A stretch of DNA of 64,000 nucleotides from Lama glama (lineage: Eukaryota), in the NCBI GenBank assembly GCA_028534125.1, contig CM052817.1:20400001-20464000 (forward strand), written 5' to 3'. Positions 38,661 to 53,166 of this stretch are shown here, piece after piece. The translations under genes and the position numbers were made by a program. Within the stretch, counting starts at the first letter, position 1. Each line of letters begins with the position of its first letter. The notes under the pieces are model-generated. The model was not told the origin of the DNA. It saw nothing but the letters and a program-made list of their open reading frames with translations, and searched no databases.

Positions 38661-40784
38661 TCGAGGATGAGAGCGTTCTTCCTTATGGACCGTTCAGTAC
38701 AGCAATCATTCTGTGTATTTTCTGTCCTGATTCCTTGTTGCAATTTTACAGTTGCTTTGAAGCCATACTTCTTTTATGGTAAAACAGACAATATAGAATT
38801 TCTAGAACTGAGTGGATCTGCTTTTAGGAAATTCTAAAAGTAAAAGTTCTTTGAAAGACAAAAGAAACCCAATCAAGCAGCCAAGTTTATGCTAATCTGT
38901 GTTCTATAGAGAAAGATAAAGTTCCTATTTTTCTAGGCAGTCAAAAAATGGAACTTGAATGTTAAATTATTGGATGCCAGAGGTTTGTCTTTATATGAAA
39001 AAAATTGTAAAAATGCTTCGTTATCTTAGCTACAATTTTATTAAAATACAAATAAATACATTAAATATACAAAAGATACAGTGTGTTTTATATTTATATA
39101 TTATAATATATAATTAATATATATAACTAATATATATACATAATTTATATACATCATAGATTTCAAAGCATTTTCTATAATACTATGACCTAATTTAACT
39201 GAAATATTTTTAAAATAATGAGTAAATGCTAGGTTATATCAGAAAGCACATCATTGTATTTGTCATACACAGATCTGCATTCTAAGAACAAATCTATCCT
39301 ACATATTATTTTTTGGTCGTAAACCCATGTGCTTCAAAAACCTAAGGTTGTATTTCTCTTTATGTTTCTGTTGGTTTGATTTCCACTCTCCAGTTCCCCC
39401 ATAATGAAACTTAGGCCTATCTTTTCATTAAACTTCCTTTACAATATTGGTATCACCTCTTTACGTTGGAACTAGATGGACACAGTATATATACACACAT
39501 GGATACATGTTTCTTATTACTGAAAAGAAAAAAAAAGACCTCAAGAACCATGCTAGTTAAGCTTCAGTTTCCATTGTTTCCTTCTTAAGGTCAATATCCT
39601 GCAGCGTTTCTACATATTTGTGGGTCTTTTCTTGCCAAAATTTCTCCCACAATATGTTTCGTAACTCTTACTGAAGACATTAAAAGAGAAGAAGAGAGAA
39701 ATGGGAGAAGAGGGACTTCGGCTGCCCAAAACACTCATCAGCATTAGCTTTCTGCCACCTCTCCTGCTGCCTCCTTCCTGCTCGCAGCCTCCTTGGAGTT
39801 GTGACATTTTCCCCCCAGGATTCTTCTTTCTTTGTTCCAAGTCTTGTCTCGCTTTGCAGGGATGTAAGGGATGTGGGCTATGGTCAGACTGTTTCACAGA
39901 GAATCTGCTGTTTCTCCTCCTGATCAGTGATTGTCTCTCCTTGCTGATGGCTTGTGGTTGTATAACAGTATTTGGAAATTGAAGGTGTTCTACGTCTAAA
40001 GTAAATTACTAATGGTCTTTTTTTTATTAATTCACAGGAAAAAATAATGCATGCATTTTTTTCTCAGTTTAGATTTATCTTCTGTACATTTTGCTTCTGC
40101 TTCTGTTGCCTCTTATCACTTCTTGGCTGGATCTGGCATGTGGCAGAATAAAACATGAGGTTGAATAAACAATCAACCAGCAAACTTTTGTTATACTATC
40201 AATGGAAACATTGAGCCCCTTTTTCCAGTAACAGATATGCTTGTTACATGATTTTAGAGTGAGCAAGTTTAATATACTGATTTTTCTGTATGTAAACTTT
40301 TCTTTATTCTTAATTAGATTAAATGTATTAAATCCTTCCCTGTACCATGATGTTCCTCAAAGGACAGTTGACACTGATGAGCCCTCCACCAAGCACGTGT
40401 GAGAACCACAAACTAGTAAAGCATCCATCCTTTCATTTTGACTCTTGTCTCCTTCTGCAGCTCAACTGTGTGTCTTAGGGAGGTATATCTAGGAGTGGAT
40501 CATGTTGGGTCATACAAGGTGCTTCTTCCTCGTCATCCTTTTGGTTGTTCAACTCTACTTGTGTAACAAGGTGTCCGCAAGTTCCCCTTAACCCTGAGGT
40601 TGACCATTTGGCTGGGTGCTTGCCTAAAGGAACTGCTGTCTATTTAATAGGCACCTTTTAATTGTATCAAACTACACTCTCATTTGACACTAAGTAGAAA
40701 TAATCAAATCTTTCAGGACAGTCAGATCAGTAGTCCAGATGAGGCTGGATGCTTGGCAGCATCTAATATGTGAAGATCTAGGGA

Positions 40785-40921
40785 AATAGTTTTGAAATTT
40801 TTGCCTGCAGAAGATTCACTGGAGGAGCTTTTAGGAAGTGCAGTTCTGCTTCTGTTACCTCAGGGATGGGCCAGATACCTACATTTTTAAAAAGCACCCT
40901 GGGTCATTCTTATGGAAAATA
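40785..40921. mobile_element. MER5-like hAT fragment
   Basis: gggatgggccagatacctacatttttaaaaagcaccctgggtcattctt. Confidence 0.55.
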
Positions 40922-40929
40922 CTTTATAG

Positions 40930-41258
40930 CAGCACTATCCAATATAAATATAATACAAACCACACATGTAATTTTACATTTTCTAGTAGGCACAAAAATA
41001 TAGTAAGAAAAAAAGCAGATGAAATTAATTTTAATTATGTATTTTATTTAACCCCATATATCCTAAATACTATGATTCAATATTTAATCAGTATAAAATT
41101 GTTAATGAGATATTTTTCATTCCTTTCGTTAAAAAATTAAATCTTCAAAATCTGGTGTGTATTTTGCAGTGACGGTGCATCCTCTCAGTTTGGACTAGCC
41201 TTGTTGCAAGTACTGAGTAACCATATGGAGCTAGTGACTACCACATCGGACAACACAG
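40930..41258. mobile_element. MER33-like hAT-Charlie MITE, full length
   Basis: Terminal inverted repeats cagcactatcc.../...ggacaacacag; 8-bp TSD CTTTATAG (40922-40929) / CTTTAGAG (41259-41266). Confidence 0.85.
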
Positions 41259-41319
41259 CTTTAGAGAATTACTTTCAAATCTAGTGAATAAGCTCACGAT
41301 GCTAAATAAACACATGCTT

Positions 41320-41500
41320 TCTTTTGTGCTTATCGTGTGCTTGGCACTAAGCTAAGTTCTTAAAATGCATCACGTTGTAAAATCCAGGGAACAGGAATAT
41401 GAGGTAGGTGTGCTGTTTTATCTACTTGGTAGGAAAAAACACAGGCTCTAGAGAGGGATATGTCCAAAATCGTACAGCGAGTGGGAGACGAAACAGGTCG
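41320..41500 (-). mobile_element. MIR SINE
   Basis: gtgcttatcgtgtgcttggcactaagctaag...atgaggtagg...aaacacaggctctagagaggg. Confidence 0.65.
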
Positions 41501-44500
41501 ACGCGTCCTCAGAGCACACGGGCTAACTGCCCTGGAGTACCCGCTTCTACAACGCGCTTATTTCTTATGCAATTACATGCAACACAGACTTCTATCTAAG
41601 GTGAAAAGTCTTAGACATACATGTTCAAGAGATAGTGTGATATAAATATATCATAAAATGGAATTCAGAGGCAACTGGATTACATTTGTATGTTAGTCTC
41701 TCATGCCACTTAACCTCCCAGAACTGCAGTCAGCGTCCTTGGAATGGGATGCTTGGGAGGACGCGACATAAAAATTGTGAATTATGTAAATACCCAATCA
41801 TTACGTGTGGCTTTGTTCTTAACAGTTTTATATTTCTTAAGATTAGTGTTCGTTTTTTCCCTCTGAGGAAATAGGAAACATAACCAATAGTATAAAAAGG
41901 CCATTTACTAATGCTTATTAATTATCTTAAATATGAATGAAAAAATAAAGACATAAACTGGGCCAATGTGTAATAAAACTATAAGAGCTGAAGTTTTTCT
42001 AGGGCAAGACTCTCACTGCATCGTTTGTTCATAGGAGCTTATTTGTCAAAAGTTATTTACTCTTCTTTTCCCTTGCTTCCTGAATGCGTGATATGAACGT
42101 CTTCTTTTATTTTAGTTCTATCTCAGTTGATTAAAGAAAAAGGACTCCCTTTGCTTTTAATACTGCTGAATATCTGAAGATCAATTGCAGCTATTAAATT
42201 AAAATAGTTTACCCCTCGAGGACTTTCAAAGACCAAAGAAAATATTATTTTAAATGGAAAGCATTAGTCTTCTATTATTACTGTCTTGGACTGGATTGCA
42301 TTAGATCTTCAGATTAAGGCAGCAAGCGCTTTGAAAATGTAAAGCCAGTTGTACGATGTGGAATGAAAATAAACACGGAGTCAAACAAACATTTTATTTA
42401 TCTTGATTTTTATAAACCAAACCAACTTATTGGATTTGTATCTATGTATCATTAGAGTGAGTCTACATACAATCCTAATGTTCCAAACTTGATTACTCAC
42501 CCTAATGAGAAGGGCATGGATAAATGGTAAATAGTAATTTGAATATGTTATATTTGGCTTAAAATGAGTGTATTATTTTTAAATCTTTATTTTCCAATCC
42601 TGAGTGTATAGTAATATCTCAATGAATAAAATATTTTAGAAGCATTCTGACAGAAAGTCAAACTAGAGTTAAAAGTTTTGCATAGATAATTCACTACGCG
42701 ATCTCTCCTATGTAGACAATCCAGTGTAAATTATTTAAATATCAAGGGCTCTCTTCCATTGTTCCTATAAAATCATCTGTCCATATATAAGATAAACACG
42801 GAAGCTTAGAAACTTCTCCTGATGTTGAGGCTACACTCATTAGCAGTCAATAAATCGCAGTGTTACATCAAGTACAGCTGTTGCCTCATGGGTATAGCCG
42901 TCTAGTCGGAAGTAGGAAATGAAATCCCAGGGTGCTCTGTTAGCCTGGGATTTCAGGATCCGTTTTGTTTTTGATCCCAGTATTTCTTAAATCCCTTTTC
43001 ATTAATGATGAAATAGCGTCTCAATATCCAAAGCTGCCACTTGGAAAGAGAAGGAGGAAGATTACACGGCTCACACACTAGTTGTTTTTGTCCAAGTTTC
43101 TTCTTGCTTTCCTGTAAATACTGACTTGCACTTTGATAAATTCACACATTTTGAGCATAATTCACAGCATAACCTTTTACTATTTGGAATAAAAATGAAA
43201 CTTCAAAACAAACGAAAAACAGCATTGAGTAACTGAAGAAAAAAAAAAAGTGCTACCAAATGTATTCAGGAAACCTCACATAGTTCACTTCTAAGTCCTT
43301 ACCAGCACCTGCTGTTTCTTATTTATCCATGACTCTACCAAATATGCTTATTTATTTTTCCACTCCTAACTTGGTTAAAGCAGCCAATTAGAATCTAAAT
43401 GAAGAGGCATTGGTACTACATATGCATTCTAGTATCAGAAGTGAATAGTACTCAACTGTAAGGAAGATATATGTATCCAAGAGAGACGTTTGTCTGGATC
43501 CATAAAGTTACATGTACTTCGTTGCCTTCAGATGACACTAGCTTAGGCAGCCTGATTGGTATTTATACTGATCTTACAGTCTTCACGTATCCTTTGTTTA
43601 AGAACGCAGGTCACCATGGAACACATTTTGGAAAATTTCCACCCAAGATGGTTGAATGTGTGTTGAATGGGTATTTTGCCATATAGATTTAATTTTTGAA
43701 AACATCAGTGAGCCATCCTTGTATCTAATTTTAAGTAAAGACTCAAGAATTTTGTATCACAAAGTGCCTATAGTTTATAATTGACCCTAACATGGTTATC
43801 TATGCTTCAATGCCCTAGCAGTGCATGACTGTGGATTTTTTAAAGACGTAGAAGTAAACGTTACTGTTAAATCTTTATATGTCATTGAAATAAATGAAGT
43901 ATGGGAATGAAATGTGTTAACCTTAAAATACTGGCCTTAAGGTTTCACCAAATCTTCAATGTTACTGCGATCCTAAGTCTACTAAAATGCACACAGCTGA
44001 CCTGATTGACTGTTCAGTCTCTTATCTCATCTGTGTTCTTGCGTATATATTCCACTTGGGGAATGTTCTTTGTAATTAAGAAGAGTCACTTAAGGGAAAG
44101 GGGAGTAGGTCTGCAGACACTTAGAATGGATTCAGGTACCCAAGTCCAGGTAAGAAGGAAAGGAAAGTAACAAATATGTATTAAGGTGTCTCATTTCGTG
44201 CACATTTTTTTCTGAAAACTACCTTGAATGATAAAGTCACACTGTTGGTTAACGGACCTGGAAACCCTCCTACCTGGATATACAAATCCCATTTTGCCTC
44301 CTTAAATCTAAGAGCAGAAAAGGCCTCTTATCAATGGCTTCTGGTGGCTTTTTGTCTAATGAGCAGACATTGTAGCCTGCAATAGAGGCTGTAAGTTGTC
44401 CTCACGGAGATTTTTCTTTATTATTCCTAACACTCTGGAATGGTTTTTTTTGGTTTTGGTTGTTAACATTCGGGACTACATCTTTAGGACCTGGTAACTC

Positions 44501-47500
44501 TAGGAACCTTTAGAACCTCTTGTTCAAGGTCCTGCTGTTTCTGATTTTACACTTTTATGGGCTTCTCTTTGTACTTCTAGTGGAGACACTGGTGTGAAGA
44601 AATACTCTGTGAGCCAAGGGAATAAGTTTTTCACAACCACGTTTTCTAGACTCTACAATTGTTCAAATTTGAGAATCTGATTGGTAAACCTAGGACACCA
44701 AGAAGAAAAATAATTTAAATATCTATGTGTGCAAACGTATTTTTTTATTTTTTTGCAACTTCTCTATAATTTTTAAACCCTTTGCTGTGTCCTCCAACAA
44801 GTGTATGAGTGATGAAGGTGGGTTAGAGGGTGGAGTGTTTTAATAGTTGGGAGAGTTAAAGAAGGTATCAAAGGATTTGAGTCAATAATGACTTCATTTG
44901 TTCAGGTTGATTAATTAGTACTTCCTCTCCCACCTGTTGTTAGTGGTTTGCTAGAAGGCAATCTGTTCCATGTAGACAATGCATCAGTTAGAGGGGTGGG
45001 TCAATTATCTAACCTGCATATTTATAATTGGGAGGGAGTGGGGAGGAGCCAAACTCCCTGGAGACAGGAAGGAACCAAATGACGCCTGTTAGGAGACACT
45101 AGTGGGCTTGGAAAAGACGTCACAGGAAAGAGTGGCAGGGGACTCCATACCAGTGGGATCTTTCCCTTTACGTGTAGAGAAGAGAAGACACTGCTTCTCA
45201 TGAAAAGCATCCCCCCTTAATTGTAAACTGTTACTTTGTTATAAGTTAGATCTAGTATTGCAACTATCAGAAATTTGAGAGAATGCTTATAAACAGTTTT
45301 TAAAAGGGCAACTAAAATTCAAATTTTGGTAACTGTATTTTTCTTTTGTAAGAATTCTTTCAAAATCTAAGATTTGATCTTTGTGATGTGCTAAATGATA
45401 ACAATACATGATTTGAAATTTTAATTTTAAGACAACTGCTTTACTGTGTGGAGGGAAAAACACATGTTTTTAAATTTATGTCACTGAGATACTGCTGTAT
45501 TTTAAAATATCATATGTGTTATTTTTAGAAGTACAATATTATGTAAAATCTCAGAGAGGATCAATTATATATATAAAATAATAAAACAATGGCTCATTTA
45601 TATAGGAAAAAGCAAGAAGACAATCTCTTTTGTATTTTACGTATTTTTTTATAAAAATTACTAAGACAGATTTTCTAGAACGTTATATCTGATTCATTTG
45701 TATTATAGTTATTGCCATTTTCATCACATTCTCTTCAAATTACAATAGTTTAGAATTAATGCAATTTTATTTCAATTACAAACAGATGAATAAAATGTAC
45801 TATTTAGCAAAAAAGATGTTAAAAGATAGGTTTACAAATGGAAAAGAAATTTGTATACAATGTTTAATAATCTCAAATACTAAAATTTAAATTATTTAGT
45901 TAAATTTAAATAATAGTTAAATTAACATAAACATTTTTAAATGTTTGTTGGATGAATTTGGCCTATAATACATTGTTATTGGCATTAACCTGCATCTGAT
46001 ACATTTTTGTAATGCCACATCAAGCTTTAAAATTAGTAATAGGCTGTAAATAACTTAGTCAGTACAAATTCCCATAGTAATAATGTGTGGCCACTGAAAT
46101 CCTATCAATATCTTTTCCCTGAGCAGCTAAACTCAGCATGATTTCACATTTAATGATACAATAGTAAGGTATGGATTTGTTAAAAGGAAAGGTAAAGCAT
46201 GGTTTCTGAATAGATAGTCTTTGTTCACTGTGTTGTCGGGTAAGAATTAGCAGTCTGCAGTCATCCACTTTAAACTATGATCTAATCAGAACTTAAGAGC
46301 TAAATAAGAACACAGATGATTAGCCCTTAGCTAGTAGGGACCCCTAGGGAAAACTTCAGTGCTACAGGAAGTGATGCTAATGATTTATCAAGTGGTAAAC
46401 TTGCCTCTGAGAACAGACTGAACGGGCAACTTCATAGCACAAGGTAGTGTCTATTGGATATTCCAGCCAACCTGAGACCTTTTGCCAGCAGAAGTCCAAG
46501 GTACATTTTTAAAAGAGAAAGAGATGATAACAAGAACTGGGAAGGTTTGTTCGTAAAAATTCGGACTCTGATGAAAATCTTCCTTTCACTGGGGCTATGA
46601 ATCTTCAGTAGCTCTGCCAACAGTCAGGAAACCCTTGGTCTCCTAGGGGTACTAAGTGAAAAAGGGTTTTAGAAGTTAAGTTAAACAGCCTTATCAGATC
46701 TTCCTAGGAAGGCAGAATTTGGTATTTATCTTGCAACTTAGAACATTGAACTGGAACCTTGAGAGAATTAAACTTCTCAGAAAAATCTTAATGCCCATCC
46801 ACTGAAATACACATCAACAGAAAGGAAAACTGAAGCCCTGTGGAACTAAAAGCAGTAACGGAGCTGGCAAAATGCCAGTTTAAGTAACTCACCTCCTATC
46901 CTACATTGTTAGAGTTTTATCAGTTGAAAATGATATCCACTTCCACTTCATTGGAGAAGGTTGTTTAATAATCTTTTAATCATCATTGTACCTTAACAAT
47001 ATGATACTCAGAATCAGAAGGAGACAGAATACTTTTTAAAAAATAGTTTTTTTAATCTATTTTTGGATAAAATATTCTTAGTAGATGTGTGTGTGGCTGC
47101 TATTACGGTAAATCTAATGCCATACATTAGTTGACGAGCTTTTAAAGATCTAGCAAGAATATCTATTTCCATCTCTGAATTAATTGTTTGCTTCCACAAT
47201 TGAATATACATGTACTAAGTATACTGTCAATTGCAAGTAGTATGTTTACATCTTCAACTGTCATTTGCTTAACACTAGAAACCTCAGAACTTTAAAAAAT
47301 AAATTTATGCCACCAGAAGAAGGGCAGGTGAATGGCTTCAGCTGTGAAACATTTGGTTCCTTTTCAGCTTCCCCAGGAAGCCCCATTTGCAAAGGAGATG
47401 TGAGCAGGAAGACAGACCTCAGTCAGCCTGAATCAGAGATTAACTCCTTGTAATCCCACGACACTTAGGCAGGAAATTGCTCTCGACACGTATTGTGACT

Positions 47501-47895
47501 GAATGACAGTTTTAGAGCAGGAAGTTTTCAAATAAGAGAAAAGTTCCTTACAAACACGATTTTGCTGTTTTTCGATGTCAGTTAATTTATTTAACCAGAT
47601 GCTGGTGGGTATATATACATTTTCCATCTTACCCCTGACTTGATTTCCAGTTTCTGTTATTCTGCTCTTTCCTTTTAAATTTTTTTCCAATGCAAAACAT
47701 TTAAATAGGCTGTCATATATACATTTATTAGAATTATCTTAATATCACTTATATAAAAATTGATACGTCACATTAGATGATTCTATAACATAAAAAACAC
47801 AAGTCACATATTAACAACAACCTCCGCAGTCCAGGAACACCCCCATCAGTAGTACAAATTACAAGCACATTTTAAAAAGAGGAAGATATTGTTTA

Positions 47896-48023
47896 TTTTT
47901 TAATCATTTTATTTTTACATTTTTTGTTTTCCCTTTTTTTTAATGGAGGTAATGGGGCCTGAACCCATGACCTCATTCGTGTATGTTAAGCATGCACTCT
48001 ATCATTGAGCTATACCCTCCACC
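47896..48023 (-). mobile_element. tRNA-derived SINE, Vic-1-like (Camelidae)
   Basis: T-rich tail, then aatggaggtaatggggcctgaacccatgacctc...aagcatgcactctatcattgagctataccctcc (reverse B and A boxes). 13-bp TSD AAGATATTGTTTA (47883-47895) / AAGAAATTGTTTA (48026-48038). Confidence 0.85.
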
Positions 48024-51000
48024 AAAAGAAATTGTTTAGACGTTTAAACCAAGATAACTTTGACTAGACTAAATACATTCATTCATCAAGTGCAATAAAT
48101 TTAGCATAGTCAGTAATAACACAATTTTAGGTGCAATTCACATGCTTTCAGAAATCTTCCAGTTCATCTCCCATGAAAATGTCTTTATACACACGCTGTT
48201 TTCATTTATATGCAGGTGCATCATATTTAAGACTGTTTCAGTTCGTGGTTAAGCGTGTTAATATATATTGTAAGGGAATGCCGGGCCAAACTTTAATCCC
48301 GATGATGACAAATTTTAACAATTAGAAAAAATCCTTTAAAGTATATTTTAATTTGTTTAATTGCAATGAATACTATTTCCTCTTACTAGACACTATCAAA
48401 ATAAGTGATGAGAATTTAAATATTAACTCCAAAAGAATGGAGACTCAAACCTCCTAAAATATTAACAAGTATTTTAATTAACAATACAATCATTCTGTAG
48501 GTCAAAATGTGATTTCATATTTATTACCAAATGTAAAATACCAGTGATTTGAAATTAAGAATGAGGCTTAAAATATTTGAACTGAATTGTAAAATACAAT
48601 TTTAAAATGTGCAGTAACTTGCTTGTGACTATGTAATGGAATGTTTTTCACAGTAATGTTATGTTAAAACACTAAATGATCAGAATAAGTAAACGTACCT
48701 TTACTGGCAAGAAAAGTGAAAAATTAAGGCCTTTTAATGCTATCTGTAATCACTACCTGAACTCAAATGTCAAATAGAGGTTACAGTGATGCTCTTGAAT
48801 ATACAGTTGTGAGACAATCAGACCAAGCCCTAACCATTTCCAGCATTCTGTCTAGATGTGGTGGGTTGGGGGCTTAATTAAAATAGAGATACAGAGAAAT
48901 GCTCATTTAAAGATAATAAAGTTAACTAGCATTAGAGTTTGTGTAAAGAGTAGTAACTGAGTTGAGATGAAGCAACTAACAATGTGTTAAAGAGGTTAAA
49001 AATAATACTTTGCAGCATTGTAATCCCATGTGTCTTTTAAATCAACTTGAAACCTCTCTTAGAGAGACTTGTATTTAGCCACACAGCTATGGACAAACAG
49101 GTGATGATATTTGCTGTGAAAACAAATTGAAGCAAAGCATCATTTTAAACTAAATTTCTCAAATCAGGTTTCTTAAATCAAGTTTTTTTTTAAATCAAAT
49201 TTCTTAAATCAGGTTTAGAAGAGAATGATAGTTTCAGGTGGGTTTAAGAAAATGTAGATTTTGTACAACAGAATCCATCTAATATTGATTAGCAATGGTT
49301 TTGTTTCCACTTCCATCCATTATTTAAAATAATTGGATCTGAGGAGCTACATGGATCAGGGTCAAATAAATGTTTTCATAGCAGTTATTGGCAGACAGTT
49401 CCCTTCTGAAAACTTTCCCCCGAATGGAAAGTATAATTTGCATCTAGTTAAGTATTGATGCGTCCAGTAGTGAGTTTTGATTTTTATGTATTTTTTTGAG
49501 ACACGGCTTGCAGAGTTGCAGGCTGGTAGGCACCAGGATTTCCTGCACACGGCTGCCAGCGCCGAGCCACATCTGCCCGCGGCCCCCGCTGACTTGGCTG
49601 CAGCACATCCCCCCAGCCCCTGCCGCCAGATCAGGTGTGGAGATGCCGCCGAGCTGTCACTCCGCATGGTTTCCTGCAAGTCAGCTCTCTCGTTCCCATC
49701 TGTGTTGATCTTCTTTCATGGCTTTTTTCACTGCTTGCCTGGCATGCATGTATTTGTCTGATAAGCCTCAATTTGGCTTTAAGACCTGCCTTACCAGGTT
49801 GTGGCTCAAAATGAAATTTCTCCTTGGGTGTGTTTTCCCTTTAGTTATACTTGTTACTTAATTCTTAACTTTGAGATGTTGCTGTTTGAAGACACACTCT
49901 ATTAAGCTGCTTAGAGTCTTTTTCCACGTTGCCCATCCCATTTTGAGTGTCTTAAGCCATTAAGATCTACCATGTTGCAAGTTTTATTGGCTTTAAAGTT
50001 TAAATAACAGCAAAACGAGATGACTTAAGTATATAACGGCATTTTTTTCCCACTTGACTCTTCTCTTACATAATTCTTGTTAGCCAGGAGGTCACTTTTC
50101 AGCAGGAGTTTATTTGAATAGCTTTGGTTGTTAATATTCTGGTGAGCCACACTGCAGTCAGGGATAGATTACATACTGATATTTTTAGTCCATAAAGGGC
50201 TTTTCTATAGCTAAAGTTTATTTGTGCTTTGTACCATTAATTGGTGTTTTCAGCCATATTCTTGATTATGCAGCTAAAATTTAGTCTAAAGTGTCCAATC
50301 CTGCAGGCTTTGTTCTTGCAAACCACCCCATGAATTTATTAAGAGTGGTATACTCGTAATGGCCACTGGCGCAGGCTTGGTGGATATTCTGAGTTGGAAA
50401 ATGAAAGGGCGGATGATTCAAGTACCCCATGCTCTGATTAGAGGGCTGTGAACAGCTTCCTTCATTTACACATTAACATCATTTCATGCTCTGTTTTCAA
50501 ACAAGGAATGTCTGTTCTAAAAGTAGATCCCTGAGATACTGCTAATGCACCAAGTTCCAGTTGTCCTTAGTTAAAATAGTCCATCAGGTTTTCTTTCCTT
50601 TCAAGAGATAAATCACTATAGCTTTCATGTATTTTGGCAGATTTCCTTAGTTATGGGATGGTGGTTTGAAATTGGCTTATGACTTCCTGCTTCTCAACAA
50701 TAAGAAATAGCGTTGAGTGTCTTAGCCCTGTTACCCAATGTGTTTGTTCTGGAAACTGGGGTGAAGTTAAATGGAAAGAGAAATATGAAACTCAGGTAGG
50801 AAGCGAGTGCTCAGTGATAGTGTACACTCTTCTTTCTTTATAGATTCATTCACCCTACAAATATTAATTGTGTGTCTGAATCATGCCAATTACTCTTCTA
50901 GCTTAAAACTTATTGTTAATGTTATAATCTGTGCTCCAAATGATTATAAACTAGAAGCTTGTCAAAATTCCTGTTAAAAACATAAGAGTGACATACAGCT

Positions 51001-52689
51001 TCCCCACTGAAAAATTGGAAAATTGAACAAAAGTTTCACTTAATAATTATCAAAAGATCGGATTGGTTATTGTTGAAATTATACAATGAACCACATTTTA
51101 AGGGGAAACAATAGTTCGTCTTCCATTTGTCTTTTAAAAAAATCAGTATACGCTTCAAGATTTATTACTAAAAAACTAGGCAAGGTACCAGCTTATAGGC
51201 TTACTTCATATCACTGTTATTTTTGCCATTGAATCTCATGAATGAGCAGGTGGCTTAGATCTGAGCTGTGACAATTTAAAGTATAAACACACAAAATATG
51301 GGACTTCTCTGTTCTGGGAAGGTCATGTCATAAAACTTCTTTTCATTGGAAGCTAAAAATTCATTGACAAAATCAGTTACCTGAATGTCTTAAACAGGAA
51401 TCATGCATTATTTGATATCTTTATTGTCACCAGATGGAAAAAAATCTCCTGTACTTCTTATACTTAATCTCTACTTATTTTGAACAATTTCAAAATTTTG
51501 TTCTAGCTACATAGAGCTGACTGTATTTGAACAGTCCTACCTCTGAACAATGACAATTGTTAAACCAGGATTTTAGTGAAACCTAGGAGTTTTTCTTCAT
51601 TGTCAACAAAACAAAACAAAACTGTACACATAAGCCCTTGCATTCTGGGACTCCATCCAAAAGCATTTAGCAATTTGGCTGTCCCCACCTTCAGAAAACC
51701 TGTACTTTGGTTCTAGGGTCTGGGTACTGTGATGTACTCAGAGGATCCTAGCATTCACTACATTGTCAGGGAGGGTTTAGAAGTTGGTCAGTTTTATGTT
51801 CCTGGCACCTAAAATCTGCATTTTCTTACTTGGGCCATTTGCTGTTCACAGGAGAGAATAGTGGGAAATTGTATTCATAAATGTGCCTTTCTTTTGTCTG
51901 TATTTTGCAAGAAGCCACACAGATTAAACATTTCAAGAAAATATCGTGTAGCCTCAGGATTTTAACTAATCTTATATTTTCTTTAATGACTGCAACTGTT
52001 AGGAATTATAAATAGAAAACTATTTTGTGTTTTGAATTGTATATATCTTTTCATTTTCTAAAATTCTTTATGACATTTTCTCATAAAATTATATAGCTAA
52101 TGTTAAATTATAGAAACAGAAGGGGATTACGTGTGGCCTTTTCTTACAAACCTTTCTTAGATTAAGATTTTCTGTAACAAACTTGGTAACATGTTTTAAT
52201 GCTAAAACCCAAACAAATGTATTTATTCATTTGTTAGCACTCTTTAATTGCCGGTAAGAGAAATTAGCTCAAGGTGTATTATGCCAAAATGGAAGTACAT
52301 GGAACTTTTTATCAATGTATTGGAAGATCGGTACCACTAGTATCTGTGCTTACCCTTTCTCCCTCTCCCTTCCTCCCTTTCTATCTCTTCATCTCTCTTT
52401 TCTGTGCATCCACTTCTTTCTTCTTACACTGGAGACCATCTTTTTATCTTCTGCTATTCTAGGTGGTAAACCATGGCTGATAACTCCACAGTTCCTTAAT
52501 TTGCATGCTACATGCCCATCTACCTGCAAGACTGGTCATTTTTCTGGGTACCAATTTCAAATGTCAGGAAGAGAAACTGTGGCTCTGCCTAGATTAAGGC
52601 TCTTTCAATCAGCTGTTCCCTGGAGGAGAAGGGTCATGAACAAGGTGTTCTAGAGAAGATAGATGCAGATACTATCAAATAATAATAAC

Positions 52690-52975
52690 AATAATGGTAA
52701 TAAATAGACAAGTACTGTATGCCTGAATCTGTGCCTAAGTGTTTTATTTGCATCATCTCATGTAAATAACTATTCATAAAGCACTGTGCATTTAAAAAAG
52801 TGTTTTTGCTTGCATTATATCGTCAATCCTAACAATCACTTTATCAACTAAATGCTTTGATTTCTGTTTAATATTGAAAAAGCTTTTGCTGAAACTTAAG
52901 TGAGTTATTAAGTGACAGAATCAGATTTCAAACTATGTCTTCTGATTCTTCCTTCAGAGCTTTTTACACTTAAAA
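52690..52975 (-). mobile_element. MIR fragments
   Basis: ctgtgcctaagtgttttatttgcatcatctcat and agtgacagaatcagatttcaaact...tctgatt. Confidence 0.55.
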
Positions 52976-53166
52976 GCTACCTCCTTTCTGCAGGGTGTCA
53001 GCGATACAAAATTTTGTGAAACATGGTAGTTAATCAGACCCAAGACTCCCACAGCCTTGTATTTGGTCTCTAATAATAGGACCCCTTACAATCATAGTTT
53101 CTTTTTTTTCTTATTCTTTTTTTTTTTTTTTGGCTAACCCTTCTCTCTGATTTTTCCCTTAGCAAA

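Noticed and set aside
47940..48023. tRNA gene
   Set aside because: Degenerate tRNA-like head with a poly(A)-type tail and TSD, so a SINE.
49150..49216. Degenerate ~14-bp tandem TTTCTTAAATCA repeat
   Set aside because: Ordinary AT-rich slippage repeat with no functional cue.
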